A stretch of 64,000 bases of DNA, taken from positions 11,615-75,614 of the forward strand of contig CAYMWF010000020.1 in assembly GCA_964394085.1 (NCBI GenBank). The letters run 5' to 3'. Under the pieces are notes generated by a model. The model was not told the origin of the DNA, ran no database searches, and saw only the letters and a program-made list of their open reading frames with translations. Positions 9,477 through 19,363 of the stretch are shown in pieces. The position numbers and the translations under genes are program-made. The DNA comes from an uncultured Gemmatimonadota bacterium. GTDB taxonomy: Bacteria; GCA-2686955; CAYMWF01. Within the stretch, counting starts at the first letter, position 1. Each line of letters opens with the position of its first letter.

Positions 9477-10304
9477 GTGTTTCAGCGGACGAGATTGCTC
9501 GATCGACACACGGCTTCGAAGAGAACGCCCATCCCAAACCGAACACTTCTCTCGGGGATAAGATTGTTCGATCGCCCGTTACAGCCGGACCCACCCGATT
9601 TGGAATTGAAGCTGACACTGCCGTCGATCGAGACGCTGGCCCGGATGTGCGCCGCCCAGGCGGGGTATCCTTCGCCGGAAAGGGTGGACTCCGCGATCAT
9701 GGATGAGATTGTTTCCGCCGCCGAATCAGTGGCCGGGACGGTCCGTCCAAGCCACGTGGTGCGCTCGACCGGGGTTGTGCGGGTCGAGGATGGATGTATC
9801 CGCTGCGAGAATCTGGTGGTGGAAAGCATCAACTGGTCGCGGCTGGCGGCTGAACTGGAGGGAGAAATCCGCCTGTGGGCCTTCGCGGTCACCCTGGGGA
9901 GCGCCCTCGACGAGCTGATATCGGAACAGGGCGATGACAAACTGCTGTCAGCCTACCTTCTGGACGCCTGCGGCGCGGCCCTGGCCGTGCACCTGGAAGA
10001 GAGCGTTGCGGAACAGGTGGCGGAACGGGCTGCTTCGCTGGGGCTCGCGTCGACCCGCCATTTTTCACCCGGATACTGCGACTGGGAGATAAGCCGGGGG
10101 CAGGCGGAGCTTCTCAGGTTCCTGGAGCCGGGCAGGGCGGGGATATCCGTAGCCGCCACGGGGCTCATGACCCCGCTCAAGTCGGTCACCGCCGTGGTCC
10201 TGGCCGCTCGATCCGTACCCGGCCGCTCCCCCTGTCCACGCTGTTCGATCAAATGCGACCATCGACGTGAACCGTTCGAAGGGGAAAAAATATGGAAGAG
10301 TTGA
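9477..10304 (+). CDS. Methionine synthase (MetH) activation/AdoMet-binding domain-like protein (corrinoid reductive reactivation component); true start may be internal
   Basis: C-terminal region RHFSPGYCDWEISRGQAELLRFL...GLMTPLKSVTAVV resembles the MetH activation domain (RPAPGYPACPDHTEK...MWPGASVSG). It overlaps the downstream corrinoid protein gene by 13 nt. Confidence 0.5.
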   Translation: MFQRTRLLDRHTASKRTPIPNRTLLSGIRLFDRPLQPDPPDLELKLTLPSIETLARMCAAQAGYPSPERVDSAIMDEIVSAAESVAGTVRPSHVVRSTGVVRVEDGCIRCENLVVESINWSRLAAELEGEIRLWAFAVTLGSALDELISEQGDDKLLSAYLLDACGAALAVHLEESVAEQVAERAASLGLASTRHFSPGYCDWEISRGQAELLRFLEPGRAGISVAATGLMTPLKSVTAVVLAARSVPGRSPCPRCSIKCDHRREPFEGEKIWKS

Positions 10305-10918
10305 AGAAACTGATCAGGGATGGACAGGCCGACGGCACCGCGGAACGGGTGCGGACGCTGCTCGACGGGGGAGCCGAACCCGACGTTCTGCTCAAGCAGG
10401 CCATGATCCCGGCCATGGACGAGGTCGGCACCCTGTTCCAGGAGGGCGAGTATTTCATGCCCGAGATGCTCATCGCGGCCCGGGCCATGCAGCGGGGGCT
10501 GGACATAATCAAGCCTCTTCTGGTCGGAACGGCGGCGTCATCCGCCGGAACGGTGCTGCTCGGTACCGTGGCCGGCGACCTCCACGACATCGGGAAGAAC
10601 CTGGTGGGCATGTCCCTCGAAGGAGCGGGTTTCACCGTGGTGGACCTCGGCGCCGACGTGGCTCCGGCGGTATTCGCGGATGCGGTCAGGGAGCATAATC
10701 CCGCCGTCGTAGGTCTTTCCGCCCTCCTCACCACGACCCTCCCGGCAATGGAACAAACCATAAAAGCCATCAGGGACGGCGAGGGCGGCGGGCAGGTGCG
10801 GATCATGGTCGGGGGAGCGCCCCTGACCGAGGAAATGGCGCTGCGCATGGGGGCGGATTTTTACGGCGCCGACTCTGTGGCCGGCCGGGAATTCGCCAGA
10901 GCGACGGTGGGCGTATGA
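10292..10918 (+). CDS. Corrinoid (cobalamin B12-binding) protein, MtaC/MtbC-like
   Basis: B12-binding DxHxxG motif (GDLHDIGKNLV) plus an N-terminal helical B12-binding cap. Size 208 aa. Confidence 0.85.
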   Translation: MEELKKLIRDGQADGTAERVRTLLDGGAEPDVLLKQAMIPAMDEVGTLFQEGEYFMPEMLIAARAMQRGLDIIKPLLVGTAASSAGTVLLGTVAGDLHDIGKNLVGMSLEGAGFTVVDLGADVAPAVFADAVREHNPAVVGLSALLTTTLPAMEQTIKAIRDGEGGGQVRIMVGGAPLTEEMALRMGADFYGADSVAGREFARATVGV

Positions 10919-11102
10919 ACCGTGGAGCGGCAGTCTGCGGCCGGCCGTTTGTGAGACGGTCGGCACCCGAGTCCCGACACCGCGCCTGCAGGTTTACATA
11001 ATAAATCGCGCATGAAGCTGACGACCGCTTCGCGTTCGCAGCTTATCCGCGAAAGGGTTTCCAAGCGCGAATGACGGGCTGGATCACGATATCGGAGCAT
11101 AG

Positions 11103-12287
11103 ATGATGAAAAAAGAACAGATGAGCCCGAAGGAAAGAGTTCATGCCACGGCGCGGGGGCTGCCCGTTGACCGTGTGCCCGTCTTCTACTGGTTCAACGC
11201 CCACATGGGCGCACGGCTCATAAGCCGCTACAGACAATCCGGCAGCCCGGCGGTGAACGCCTTCGCACGGTTCGTATGGAACCGGTTCGAAAAGGGCGGG
11301 GAGCACGAAGCCCGGGAACTCTGGCGTTTTATGCCGCTCTTCTTCGACGTGCATTCCTACAATTTCGCCAACGCATACAGCCTGGAACTGGGCGCCGACC
11401 AGGTGTATACCGCCTTTGCCACGCCCTGGAAATACGCCAGATTCTACCTGGCCGACGGCCATATCCGGGCCCGCGACATGTACGGCGTGGTGCGAGGCCT
11501 GGGGGGCGGAATCTACCCGGACATGCTCGAACCGGTCATCAACAACGTGGAGGACCTCGTCTCCTACCGGCCGCCCGACCCGGACAGGGACGACCTCTAC
11601 GAGGTCTTCCGTCGTTACAGGAAAAAGTATCCCGAGGCGTCCATCCTTGCCGAGGTCTGGGGTCCGCAGGATTTCACCTCGACGTCGATGTTCGGCATGG
11701 AGCGGTTCATGCTCATGCTTTACGACCATCCGGAGGAGGTGAAAGCATTCTTGAGGCGCTGGACCGATTTCAACATCGCCGTCGCCGTCAACTCGGTCAA
11801 GGCGGGCGCGGATACCGTTTTCATCCTGGACGACTACGGATACGATAACCGCCCGCTCATCAGCATGAAGATGTGGCGGGAATTCATCAAGCCCGAACTC
11901 AAACGTATCGTGGATGCCACCCACGAGGCCGGCGCCCTGGCGGTGCTCCATTCCTGCGGCTTCCAGATGCCGTTCCTGGAGCACTATGTCGAGCTCGAAA
12001 TCGACATGCTCCAGGCCTTCCAGCCGAAAGCGGGCAACGACTTCGCAAAAGCCTTCGCCGAATACGGGGATAAGATCACCTTCATCACCGGCATCGACAT
12101 CCAGCAGGGGGAGTTCATGACCCCGGCCGAATTCCGCGCCGACATCCTCAAAAGCTACGAAATCGGCGGAAAGAAAGGGCGTCACATTCTCGGAACCAGC
12201 CACGAAATCCAGTACACCATGCCCCTCGAAAACATGGCGAGCATGTTCGACACCGTCGCCGAAATCCAAGCGGGCCGCCACGACTGA
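11103..12287 (+). CDS. Uroporphyrinogen decarboxylase (URO-D) family methyltransferase, MtaA/CmuA-like methylcobamide methyltransferase
   Basis: URO-D family architecture, about 390 aa. It follows the corrinoid protein. The long antisense ORF 11043..12293 is treated as a GC artefact. Confidence 0.75.
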   Translation: MMKKEQMSPKERVHATARGLPVDRVPVFYWFNAHMGARLISRYRQSGSPAVNAFARFVWNRFEKGGEHEARELWRFMPLFFDVHSYNFANAYSLELGADQVYTAFATPWKYARFYLADGHIRARDMYGVVRGLGGGIYPDMLEPVINNVEDLVSYRPPDPDRDDLYEVFRRYRKKYPEASILAEVWGPQDFTSTSMFGMERFMLMLYDHPEEVKAFLRRWTDFNIAVAVNSVKAGADTVFILDDYGYDNRPLISMKMWREFIKPELKRIVDATHEAGALAVLHSCGFQMPFLEHYVELEIDMLQAFQPKAGNDFAKAFAEYGDKITFITGIDIQQGEFMTPAEFRADILKSYEIGGKKGRHILGTSHEIQYTMPLENMASMFDTVAEIQAGRHD

Positions 12288-12432
12288 AACCACGGAAGCG
12301 CAAACTCTACCTCCACCGGCGAAACCGTGGACCCGGATCCAGAACCGGATCCAGAACCAGATCCGGAACCATCCGGTTTAAACAGCTCCCGGTTCTAGAA
12401 CGGTTGAATCGCTGCCAGGCTACCATTTGATT

Positions 12433-13221
12433 TCACGGCATCCACAGAGGTTGGCAGATGGTGTATAGCGCCAGCATCAGGAGAAGCACGTAGCTGATGA
12501 GGCGCAGTTTCGGTTTGGGGATTTTGCGTCCCAGGCGGAGTCCGGGGATGACGCCCAGCAGCATTATGGGGCTGACGCACAACCCGATCCCCGCCGCATG
12601 AACCGCGTCCATGCCGAATTTCCGGAACAGGAAAAACTGCGAAACCGGCGTCAACGCGGTGAAATAGGCCCAGATCATGGCGCGGCTTCGCTCGTTGGAC
12701 CATGTGTGAGCCATCACCCACATGACCACGGGCGGCCCGCCCATCCCCGAGACGCCGCAGATGAATCCGCTCAGGGGAAACACCCCGGCCATCCAGCCCC
12801 AGTGCAGTTTATCCCGCGGTCGAACCCTGCCGAACCACTGGATGACCACCGCCCCGAGAACGATGCAGCCGAAGATCTGACGTATCCTCTCCTCGCTGAT
12901 GTGCAGGATGATCAGTTCCAGCACCCGGACGCCGATCGGGACCGCAGCCCCGGCCAGGCAAATCGTGAGAAAAACCAGCCGCCACCGGATTTCGCGGCGC
13001 AGCGAATAGAGCCCGATCAGGGTCTGAACGCCGCTGCAGACCGAAATCGCCGCGATCGCCTCGTAAGGCTCCATTCCGAGCAGGATGAGGATCGGGATTG
13101 CGAAAATGCCGAATCCGAAACCGGCGGCGCTCTGCAGCCCACCGCCGAAGATGACGACGACTCCGACAATCACTATCCACTGAACATCCACGAGAAGCCC
13201 CCGGCAACCAATCCCGTTCAC
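12433..13221 (-). CDS. TauE/SafE (DUF81) family sulfite/anion exporter-like membrane protein
   Basis: Polytopic membrane protein with duplicated 4-TM halves and Gly-rich motifs (FGGGLQSAAGFGFGIF; GVSGMGGPP). Confidence 0.7.
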   Translation of the reverse strand: MNGIGCRGLLVDVQWIVIVGVVVIFGGGLQSAAGFGFGIFAIPILILLGMEPYEAIAAISVCSGVQTLIGLYSLRREIRWRLVFLTICLAGAAVPIGVRVLELIILHISEERIRQIFGCIVLGAVVIQWFGRVRPRDKLHWGWMAGVFPLSGFICGVSGMGGPPVVMWVMAHTWSNERSRAMIWAYFTALTPVSQFFLFRKFGMDAVHAAGIGLCVSPIMLLGVIPGLRLGRKIPKPKLRLISYVLLLMLALYTICQPLWMP

Positions 13222-13334
13222 GTTTCAGGGTTATCACCCCGGGATTCGACGATTCTACTTGTTTCAACCTCCATCCGAAAGGAACTTTCCCTGCGTTCGC
13301 GAGACGAAACAACTTTTTGCCGGGAATTTGACTT

Positions 13335-13352
13335 TTCCCCGCGTGGAGAAAA
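13335..13352. promoter_or_regulatory. Degenerate copy of TTTCTCCACGTGGAGAAA motif (TTTTCCCCGCGTGGAGAAAAT)
   Basis: About 110 bp upstream of the beta-helix gene at 13461. Confidence 0.45.
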
Positions 13353-13460
13353 TCCCGAGCCGGGCCTGCAATCCTGCCGAAGCTGATCGAAGTGGATGGC
13401 CGACCGTGTGCGTGTTAGACTTATTCGTAATTACTGAAAATACGGACAAGGGGAAGCGGA

Positions 13461-15266
13461 GTGGCACGCAACATCACCAGTATCCTATCGATGACCTGCC
13501 TTTTATTTCTTCTTTTCATTTCAGAGGCGCTTGCCGCAACTATCCGTGTGCCTTCCGAGCAGCCGACGATCCAGGCGGGCATCGACGCCTCCGTGGATGG
13601 AGACACGGTGCTCGTCGCAGGCGGCACATACACGGGCGCCGGAAATAAAAATCTCGACTACTGCGGCAAAGCTGTTACCGTTTTGTCGGAAAACGGACCG
13701 GCCGGTACAATCCTAGACTGCGAAAACGACGGCAGGGGGTTTTATTTCGGCAATGGTGAAGATTCTTCATCCAGGCTGGAGGGATTCACTATCCGCAACG
13801 GGAACGTGGACGACGACGGAGGCGCGATCCTGTGTTACGACTCTTCTCCGGCCGTCGCGGATTGTATCATCTCCTCGAATACGGCCTCCGGCTGGTATTC
13901 CGCCGGGGGCGGAGTATATTGTTTCTCCTCACCGTCCGCTGTTTTTACAGGCTGCACCATAACGGGGAATTCGGCTGAGTATAAGGGAGGCGGGATCTGC
14001 TGCCAGGCCTGGTCCTTTCCGATCATTACCGATTGCACGATCTCGGGAAATTCAGCCGGTGATTACGGAGGCGGCATCCAGTGCGACGACTCCTCCCCGG
14101 AAGTGACGAACTGCATCATCATCGACAATACCGGCAGTCGCAGCGGAGGAGGGATCTATTGCTGGAATTCCTCACCGGCCTTCTCGGGTTGTTCGATTTC
14201 GGGGAATGCGGCGGATGCTCAACAGGGTGACGGCGGGGGCGTGTATTGCGGAGGCGGCTCCTCCCCTGCCGTCTCGCACTGCACGATTTCGGAGAATACG
14301 GCTCTATCCGACGGCGGAGGGGTCTACTGCACCGGTTCTTCCCCGATCATCGGGAACACCACCATATCCGGGAATGAAGCCGGCTTTTACGGCGGCGGGG
14401 TCTACGGCTCCGACACGGATCTCGAGATAACCGGCAGCGTAATCAGAGGCAATTCGGCCGAGGAGGGCGGCGGGATCCACTGCCGCTGGTATTCCCGTCC
14501 GACCATGACGAACGTCGTTATCGCCGGTAATGCGGCCGGCATCGGCGGCGGGGTCTACAGCGTGGACTCCGATCCGGTATTGACGAACTGCACGGTAACA
14601 GGAAACACATCCGCTCTGAACGGGGGCGGTTTCTTCTGCGACGATTCCTCCTATCCGGTCATGATAAGCTGCATATTCTGGAACGATTCACCCGAAGAGA
14701 TACATGTTCGCGCGGGAAAACCGAGCGTCATATTTTCGGACGTCCAGGGGGGATGGTCCGGTCCCGGCAATATCGACGCCGACCCCTTTTTCGTTATGGA
14801 AGAGTGGGGGGATCAGCGGCTTTGCTGGGGATCTCCCTGCATCGACACGGGGAAATCCGGTTCGGTCGATCCGGACGGAACGAGAATCGACATGGGCGCA
14901 AACTATTTCGACCAGTCCAGGGAGCTCATCGTCTATCTCTCGCCCGAAACCGATGAAATCGCATCCGGCGATTCCGGCTCCGTCCGTTACACCGTATGCA
15001 ACTCGAAGCTTTACGAAATCAGCTTCGGCGCCGCTGCGGCCATCCGGCAACCGAGCGGCGCTCCCTGGCCCGGCAACCCGCTTGAGGAACCGCTTTTCAT
15101 GTCGATAGCGCCATCCGGCAACGAAACCCGCGATTTCGCGTACCTGGTGCCGCCCGGCTGGGTCCCCGGAACCTACTCCTTCGCCGCGGGAGTCGGTTAC
15201 GGCGGACGGATCTACGACCTCGACCACTTCGAATTCACAGTGGTCGACAATGATGGCGGCGAATAA
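13461..15266 (+). CDS. Secreted right-handed parallel beta-helix repeat protein (paralog 2) with conserved C-terminal ~120-aa domain
   Basis: GTG start. Signal peptide then AATIRVPSEQPTIQAGIDASVDGDTVLVAGGTYTG, beta-helix rungs, IDMGANYF, then a C-terminal domain homologous to the end of the 5599..8766 product (...GTYSFAAGVGYGGRIYDLDHFEFTVV). Confidence 0.8.
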   Translation: MARNITSILSMTCLLFLLFISEALAATIRVPSEQPTIQAGIDASVDGDTVLVAGGTYTGAGNKNLDYCGKAVTVLSENGPAGTILDCENDGRGFYFGNGEDSSSRLEGFTIRNGNVDDDGGAILCYDSSPAVADCIISSNTASGWYSAGGGVYCFSSPSAVFTGCTITGNSAEYKGGGICCQAWSFPIITDCTISGNSAGDYGGGIQCDDSSPEVTNCIIIDNTGSRSGGGIYCWNSSPAFSGCSISGNAADAQQGDGGGVYCGGGSSPAVSHCTISENTALSDGGGVYCTGSSPIIGNTTISGNEAGFYGGGVYGSDTDLEITGSVIRGNSAEEGGGIHCRWYSRPTMTNVVIAGNAAGIGGGVYSVDSDPVLTNCTVTGNTSALNGGGFFCDDSSYPVMISCIFWNDSPEEIHVRAGKPSVIFSDVQGGWSGPGNIDADPFFVMEEWGDQRLCWGSPCIDTGKSGSVDPDGTRIDMGANYFDQSRELIVYLSPETDEIASGDSGSVRYTVCNSKLYEISFGAAAAIRQPSGAPWPGNPLEEPLFMSIAPSGNETRDFAYLVPPGWVPGTYSFAAGVGYGGRIYDLDHFEFTVVDNDGGE

Positions 15267-15533
15267 TCCTGTCCGTTGGAGTCCATGGAAATTTTCCTCA
15301 CGTCAGATCGGGTCAAAAGTCATCCAGTCGGCAGGAATCGTTCAGAATCCCATGGATACGAACCTTTGGGCAGGTGGGGAAGGGAGCGCCTTCCCGCCCT
15401 GAGGAGCACGCTGCGTCATCCGGGCAGAAAGGCGCTCCCTCCTCATTTCCCCGGTGACGAAACCTGGAAGAAGGCAACTGAAACTCGTATCCTCTTTTTG
15501 ACCCAGTCTGACGTGAAGAATCCGGGGGCGATC

Positions 15534-16841
15534 TCAAGGTTCGGGCAGGCTGAGGAGGAAGCGCCACGCCGGTTCGATCTTTATTTTTCCCGCGTCAACC
15601 GTTATCTCGTCCTCCTGGTTCCGCGTCACGATCGTGCCCGACTTCAGGCCCTGTTCGGCCATTGCTTCACTCAAAGCGGAAACCTCCCGTTTCCTGGTTT
15701 TCGGTTCGGCGATCGATTCGCAAACCTGAACAAGCACGGGAGAACGGGCCTGCATTTGCACTAAAAAATCAACCTCCCGGCCGCTCTTCGTCTTGTAATA
15801 AAAAATACCCGGTGTGACGCGTCTGAACGCCGTGAACACGAGGTTCTCCAGCAAATGGCCGGAGTTCACAAGAATACCCGATGCAATCGAAGTGACAAGG
15901 GCATGGTCGATGCAATAGCACTTTTTCGGGTTTGTTCTGCTGCGGGCGAGTGACGAATCGAATATCCTAACGGTAAATAAAAAATAGGCGTCTTCGAACC
16001 ATACGAGGTAATCCGACACAGCTGACTTCGGGGCTTTATGCCCCAGGGATTTAAGATAACCGGTCAGACTGTTGACCGAGTAGAGCGAGGCGATATTGTC
16101 GATAAGCCGGTGCGCCAGGTCCTTTACCGCTCTCGGGTGTGAAATATCATGCCGCTCGACCAGATCCCTGAACAGTATCGCCTGAAAATATTCCTGGTGG
16201 ATTTTGATTCGCAAGTGCCGATCGAGGCCGGCGACTTCCGGAAACCCGCCGGTTTCCCAGTATTCTTCGAACGCCTTCTGCACGAACAACCGTTTCCTGG
16301 TCGACAGCCGGCCTGCAGCATCAATCTTCTTGAAGTCCAGGAACTCCCTGAATGAAAAAGGAAACATTTCCCAGGACAATGCCCTCCCCCGCATCTGCGT
16401 GGCTATTTCCCTCGAAAGCATCCGGGCCGATGAACCGGTTATGTGCACGACACATTTTTCGGTTCGCATCACCCGGTCCACGAAAGGCTCCCATCCGTCG
16501 ACCGCCTGGATTTCGTCAAAAAAATAATACACCGTCTCCGCGTTCTTCTTTTCAGGATATATAGAATAGTAGGCTTCGGTGATCGCTCCTAAACCCTCCT
16601 TCCGAAGGTTATGAAGACGATCGTCAAAAAAATTCAGATAAAGGATGTTTTCTCGAGGAACGCCGTCGTCGAGCAGTCGTTTGATCACCTGGAACAGGCT
16701 GGTGGTTTTCCCGCTGCGGCGCACACCGATACAGACTGCGGCTTTTCCGCGAACCGCCCTGATTTTCAAGCGCCTGGGAACACCTGTCTCGAGTTCGAGC
16801 TCCTGATAATCCAGTATGATCGACTTCATTGCTTCAATCAT
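15534..16841 (-). CDS. AAA+ ATPase, DUF4143 family (COG1373-type predicted ATPase)
   Basis: Walker A GVRRSGKTT, Walker B YYFFDEIQ, and a DUF4143-like C-terminal region. Lower GC than the neighbours. Confidence 0.85.
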   Translation of the reverse strand: MIEAMKSIILDYQELELETGVPRRLKIRAVRGKAAVCIGVRRSGKTTSLFQVIKRLLDDGVPRENILYLNFFDDRLHNLRKEGLGAITEAYYSIYPEKKNAETVYYFFDEIQAVDGWEPFVDRVMRTEKCVVHITGSSARMLSREIATQMRGRALSWEMFPFSFREFLDFKKIDAAGRLSTRKRLFVQKAFEEYWETGGFPEVAGLDRHLRIKIHQEYFQAILFRDLVERHDISHPRAVKDLAHRLIDNIASLYSVNSLTGYLKSLGHKAPKSAVSDYLVWFEDAYFLFTVRIFDSSLARSRTNPKKCYCIDHALVTSIASGILVNSGHLLENLVFTAFRRVTPGIFYYKTKSGREVDFLVQMQARSPVLVQVCESIAEPKTRKREVSALSEAMAEQGLKSGTIVTRNQEDEITVDAGKIKIEPAWRFLLSLPEP

Positions 16842-16980
16842 GTAACGCTCTCCCGGCTGCAGATATTGCCAGTCAGAATACTTATTGGTAATTTATATTA
16901 CCACTTTAAACAATCGCCGTCAAGCGTTATTACCAGATCAAGAGTATCAACAATGCCGGGAAAGCTGTTGTCGTTCTGTC

Positions 16981-17100
16981 GGCAGGCTGAGGAGGAAGCG
17001 CCGCGCCGGTTCGATCTTTATTTTCCCCGCGTCAACCGTTATCTCGTCCTCCTGGTTCCGCGTCACGATCGGCCCGAATCAGGCCTTGCCCGGCCATTGC
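16981..17100 (-). pseudogene. Decayed 3' fragment of a second DUF4143 ATPase gene (tandem paralog remnant)
   Basis: The 120-bp segment is about 95% identical to 15545-15666, which encodes the last 41 aa of the intact ATPase (AMAEQGLKSGTIVTRNQEDEITVDAGKIKIEPAWRFLLSLPEP). The remnant carries a 2-nt deletion causing a frameshift. Weaker similarity continues to about 17160. Confidence 0.6.
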
Positions 17101-17237
17101 TGCTTAATCCGGTGGGATCGATCACCTGATCCGGTTTTCGGTTCTGTGATCGATATGGCGTTCAGCCGGATCCCCCATACCGGATACGGAGCCCCGGGAA
17201 GCGCTTCCGGGATCGCTGATCCGGTCCATCCATACGG

Positions 17238-19304
17238 CTATCCCGCAGAGACGCCGTCACAGCGGGAAAGGTACGCCCTGGCGGTGACGTCGTCCCGGCA
17301 CCTGGCGAGGCAGTCGCGGAACAGCGTTGCCGCGCGGTTCCGGTCGCCGTCATGGAAGAGCGCTACAGCCTCCTGGAACGAATCCCTGGTATCCAGCTTA
17401 CTCTCCTTGAGACCGGGGGGATCGGCATCGAAGACTTCGTAGATGCTTACCGGCTCGACCCGCCCCCGCACCCGGACCCAGTCGATTAACCTCATGGAGA
17501 AGGTCTCCAGCCGGTTCAGGCGATGGTGGGTCATACCGCTGATCAGGATCGATGAACCGTGGTTCTTGTTCATCCCTTCGATACGGGAGGCGAGGTTCAC
17601 GGCATCGCTGATGACCGTCCCCTCCATCCGGTCGCGCCCCCCGACAATGCCGAGCATCATCGGCCCGGTATGGATACCGATGCCGATGCGGATTCCGCCG
17701 TGCGCATCACCAAACTCCCGGTTGAACCCGTCGAGCTCCGCCTGCATCGCCACCGCGGCCGCCACCGCCCGGTCCGGATCTCCCTCGAAGAGCGCCATCA
17801 CTCCGTCGCCGAGGAACTTCACGATGAAACCGCCGTGACGCGTCACCACCGGTTCCATGGTGCGGTGGTACGCGTTGATGAAGCGAAAATTCCGTTCCGG
17901 GCTCATCCGCTCGGAGAGTGTGGTGAAGGACCTGATGTCCGAAAACAGAATGGACATCTCCTTGCGAATACAGTCGCCGAGTTCTATCGAAAGGATGTCC
18001 CTCTTCTCGAGGCTCTCGAGGAATTCCCGCGGGACGAAGCGGCGAAAGGTTTCACTCAGCGCGGCAACCTTACGCGACTCGTCGAGCTCCCGCCGAAGCG
18101 CTTCCTCCCGCTCCTTCTTGAAGATATTGAACCGATCGCCGAGGGCGAGAGAGAGGAGCGTGACCTCGATCACCGAGCCTATTCTGTACGCATTCTCCGT
18201 GATGATGTTGATGGGCAGGATGCCGAAGAGAGTGAGTACGAGCACGCCCATGCCCGCGAGGTACCAGAGCCAGGCGACGAGGAAGTAGCGTGCCGGGCGG
18301 TATCCCCTCCTCCAGCATACCGCGCCCGCCGTGAGGAGCGTCACGGGGATGACGAATCCTTCGAGCGAGAGGCAGCGGTTCACCACCTGGGACTGCACCA
18401 GGAAAGGCGCCGCCATGGTAGCGAGCGCGCAGGCCGTCAACACCAGGAAAACCACGTTGAACCCGGGTGCGTTTCGCTTGATATCCAGGTAGCGCCTTGT
18501 GAACTGTATCACGAAAACCATGCCGAAGCTGCCGAAGAAGATCGGGCTCGCCTGCTTCCAGCCGGGCGAGTCCGGCCAGAGGAGTTCGTATGCGATTCCG
18601 TCGAAGGAGGAGAGGAAGAGAATGTTCCCGATGATGTAGAGCACGTAGTAGAGATAGGTCGAGTCGCGGACGGCGGTGAGGATGAGCAGGTTGTAAAGGG
18701 CGATCACGGCCAGGGCGCCGTAGAGCAGGCCGCGCACCAGGCGGTCGAGCCGATCGTGCCGTGCGAAGGACGCCGGGTTCCATATCTTCACGGGAAGGCG
18801 CATGGTGCCGTTGCTCGCGAAGCGCAGGTACACGTCGATCGAATCACCCGCAGCGAGCGTTACCGGGAAAAGCGGGTGGCGGTGACGCACTTCCCTTTCG
18901 GTGAGCGGAATCTTGTCTCCGGACTCGAAAGTCGCCTCCAGTGTGCCGTCCGGGCGGAGGAAGTAAGCCGTCACCCAGTCCATGTTCGGATGCGGATGCT
19001 CGAGGATCCATTCCGCGGGACGGGACAAGCCGTTCTTGAGCCGGAACCTCATCCAGAAGACCGAATCGGAGAACCCGAAGCTCGGGACGGCACGGCCGCT
19101 GCCCGAGAAATGGCCCGTAAGGACCGGCGATACCACCTCCAGGATGCTGAACCTCCCCGCCGCATCCTCGAGGATTTCGCTCCCGCCGCCGATGGGAAAC
19201 GACTCCATGCCTTCTTCGAGGAGAGTCAGGGGAACGGCGAGCGCCGTGCCGGAGAGAAGCATTATCGCCAGCAGCAGTGCGAGGTATCCCGTTCGGCATC
19301 CCAT
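17238..19304 (-). CDS. 7TM receptor (7TMR-DISM) linked class III adenylate/guanylate cyclase
   Basis: Signal peptide, a periplasmic 7TMR-DISM-like domain, 7 TM helices, and a C-terminal cyclase domain (FSDIRSFTTLSE ... FLGDGVMALF ... GIHTGPMMLGIVG). Confidence 0.85.
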   Translation of the reverse strand: MGCRTGYLALLLAIMLLSGTALAVPLTLLEEGMESFPIGGGSEILEDAAGRFSILEVVSPVLTGHFSGSGRAVPSFGFSDSVFWMRFRLKNGLSRPAEWILEHPHPNMDWVTAYFLRPDGTLEATFESGDKIPLTEREVRHRHPLFPVTLAAGDSIDVYLRFASNGTMRLPVKIWNPASFARHDRLDRLVRGLLYGALAVIALYNLLILTAVRDSTYLYYVLYIIGNILFLSSFDGIAYELLWPDSPGWKQASPIFFGSFGMVFVIQFTRRYLDIKRNAPGFNVVFLVLTACALATMAAPFLVQSQVVNRCLSLEGFVIPVTLLTAGAVCWRRGYRPARYFLVAWLWYLAGMGVLVLTLFGILPINIITENAYRIGSVIEVTLLSLALGDRFNIFKKEREEALRRELDESRKVAALSETFRRFVPREFLESLEKRDILSIELGDCIRKEMSILFSDIRSFTTLSERMSPERNFRFINAYHRTMEPVVTRHGGFIVKFLGDGVMALFEGDPDRAVAAAVAMQAELDGFNREFGDAHGGIRIGIGIHTGPMMLGIVGGRDRMEGTVISDAVNLASRIEGMNKNHGSSILISGMTHHRLNRLETFSMRLIDWVRVRGRVEPVSIYEVFDADPPGLKESKLDTRDSFQEAVALFHDGDRNRAATLFRDCLARCRDDVTARAYLSRCDGVSAG

Positions 19305-19363
19305 GGGTCTGTTCCCTTCCCGGTCCCGGGGCGGGCGTAACCGGGCCGCCCGCGCCGTCCGTG

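Noticed and set aside
17559-19340. 593-aa plus-strand ORF antisense to the 7TMR-DISM cyclase gene. Other long antisense ORFs of the same kind: 19277..20989, 11043..12293, 50333..52378, 56393..57673, 31630..33213 and 1789..2913.
   Set aside because: High-GC DNA generates long stop-free antisense frames. Their translations are low-complexity Arg/Gly/Pro-rich with no motifs, whereas the opposite strand carries clear family signatures.
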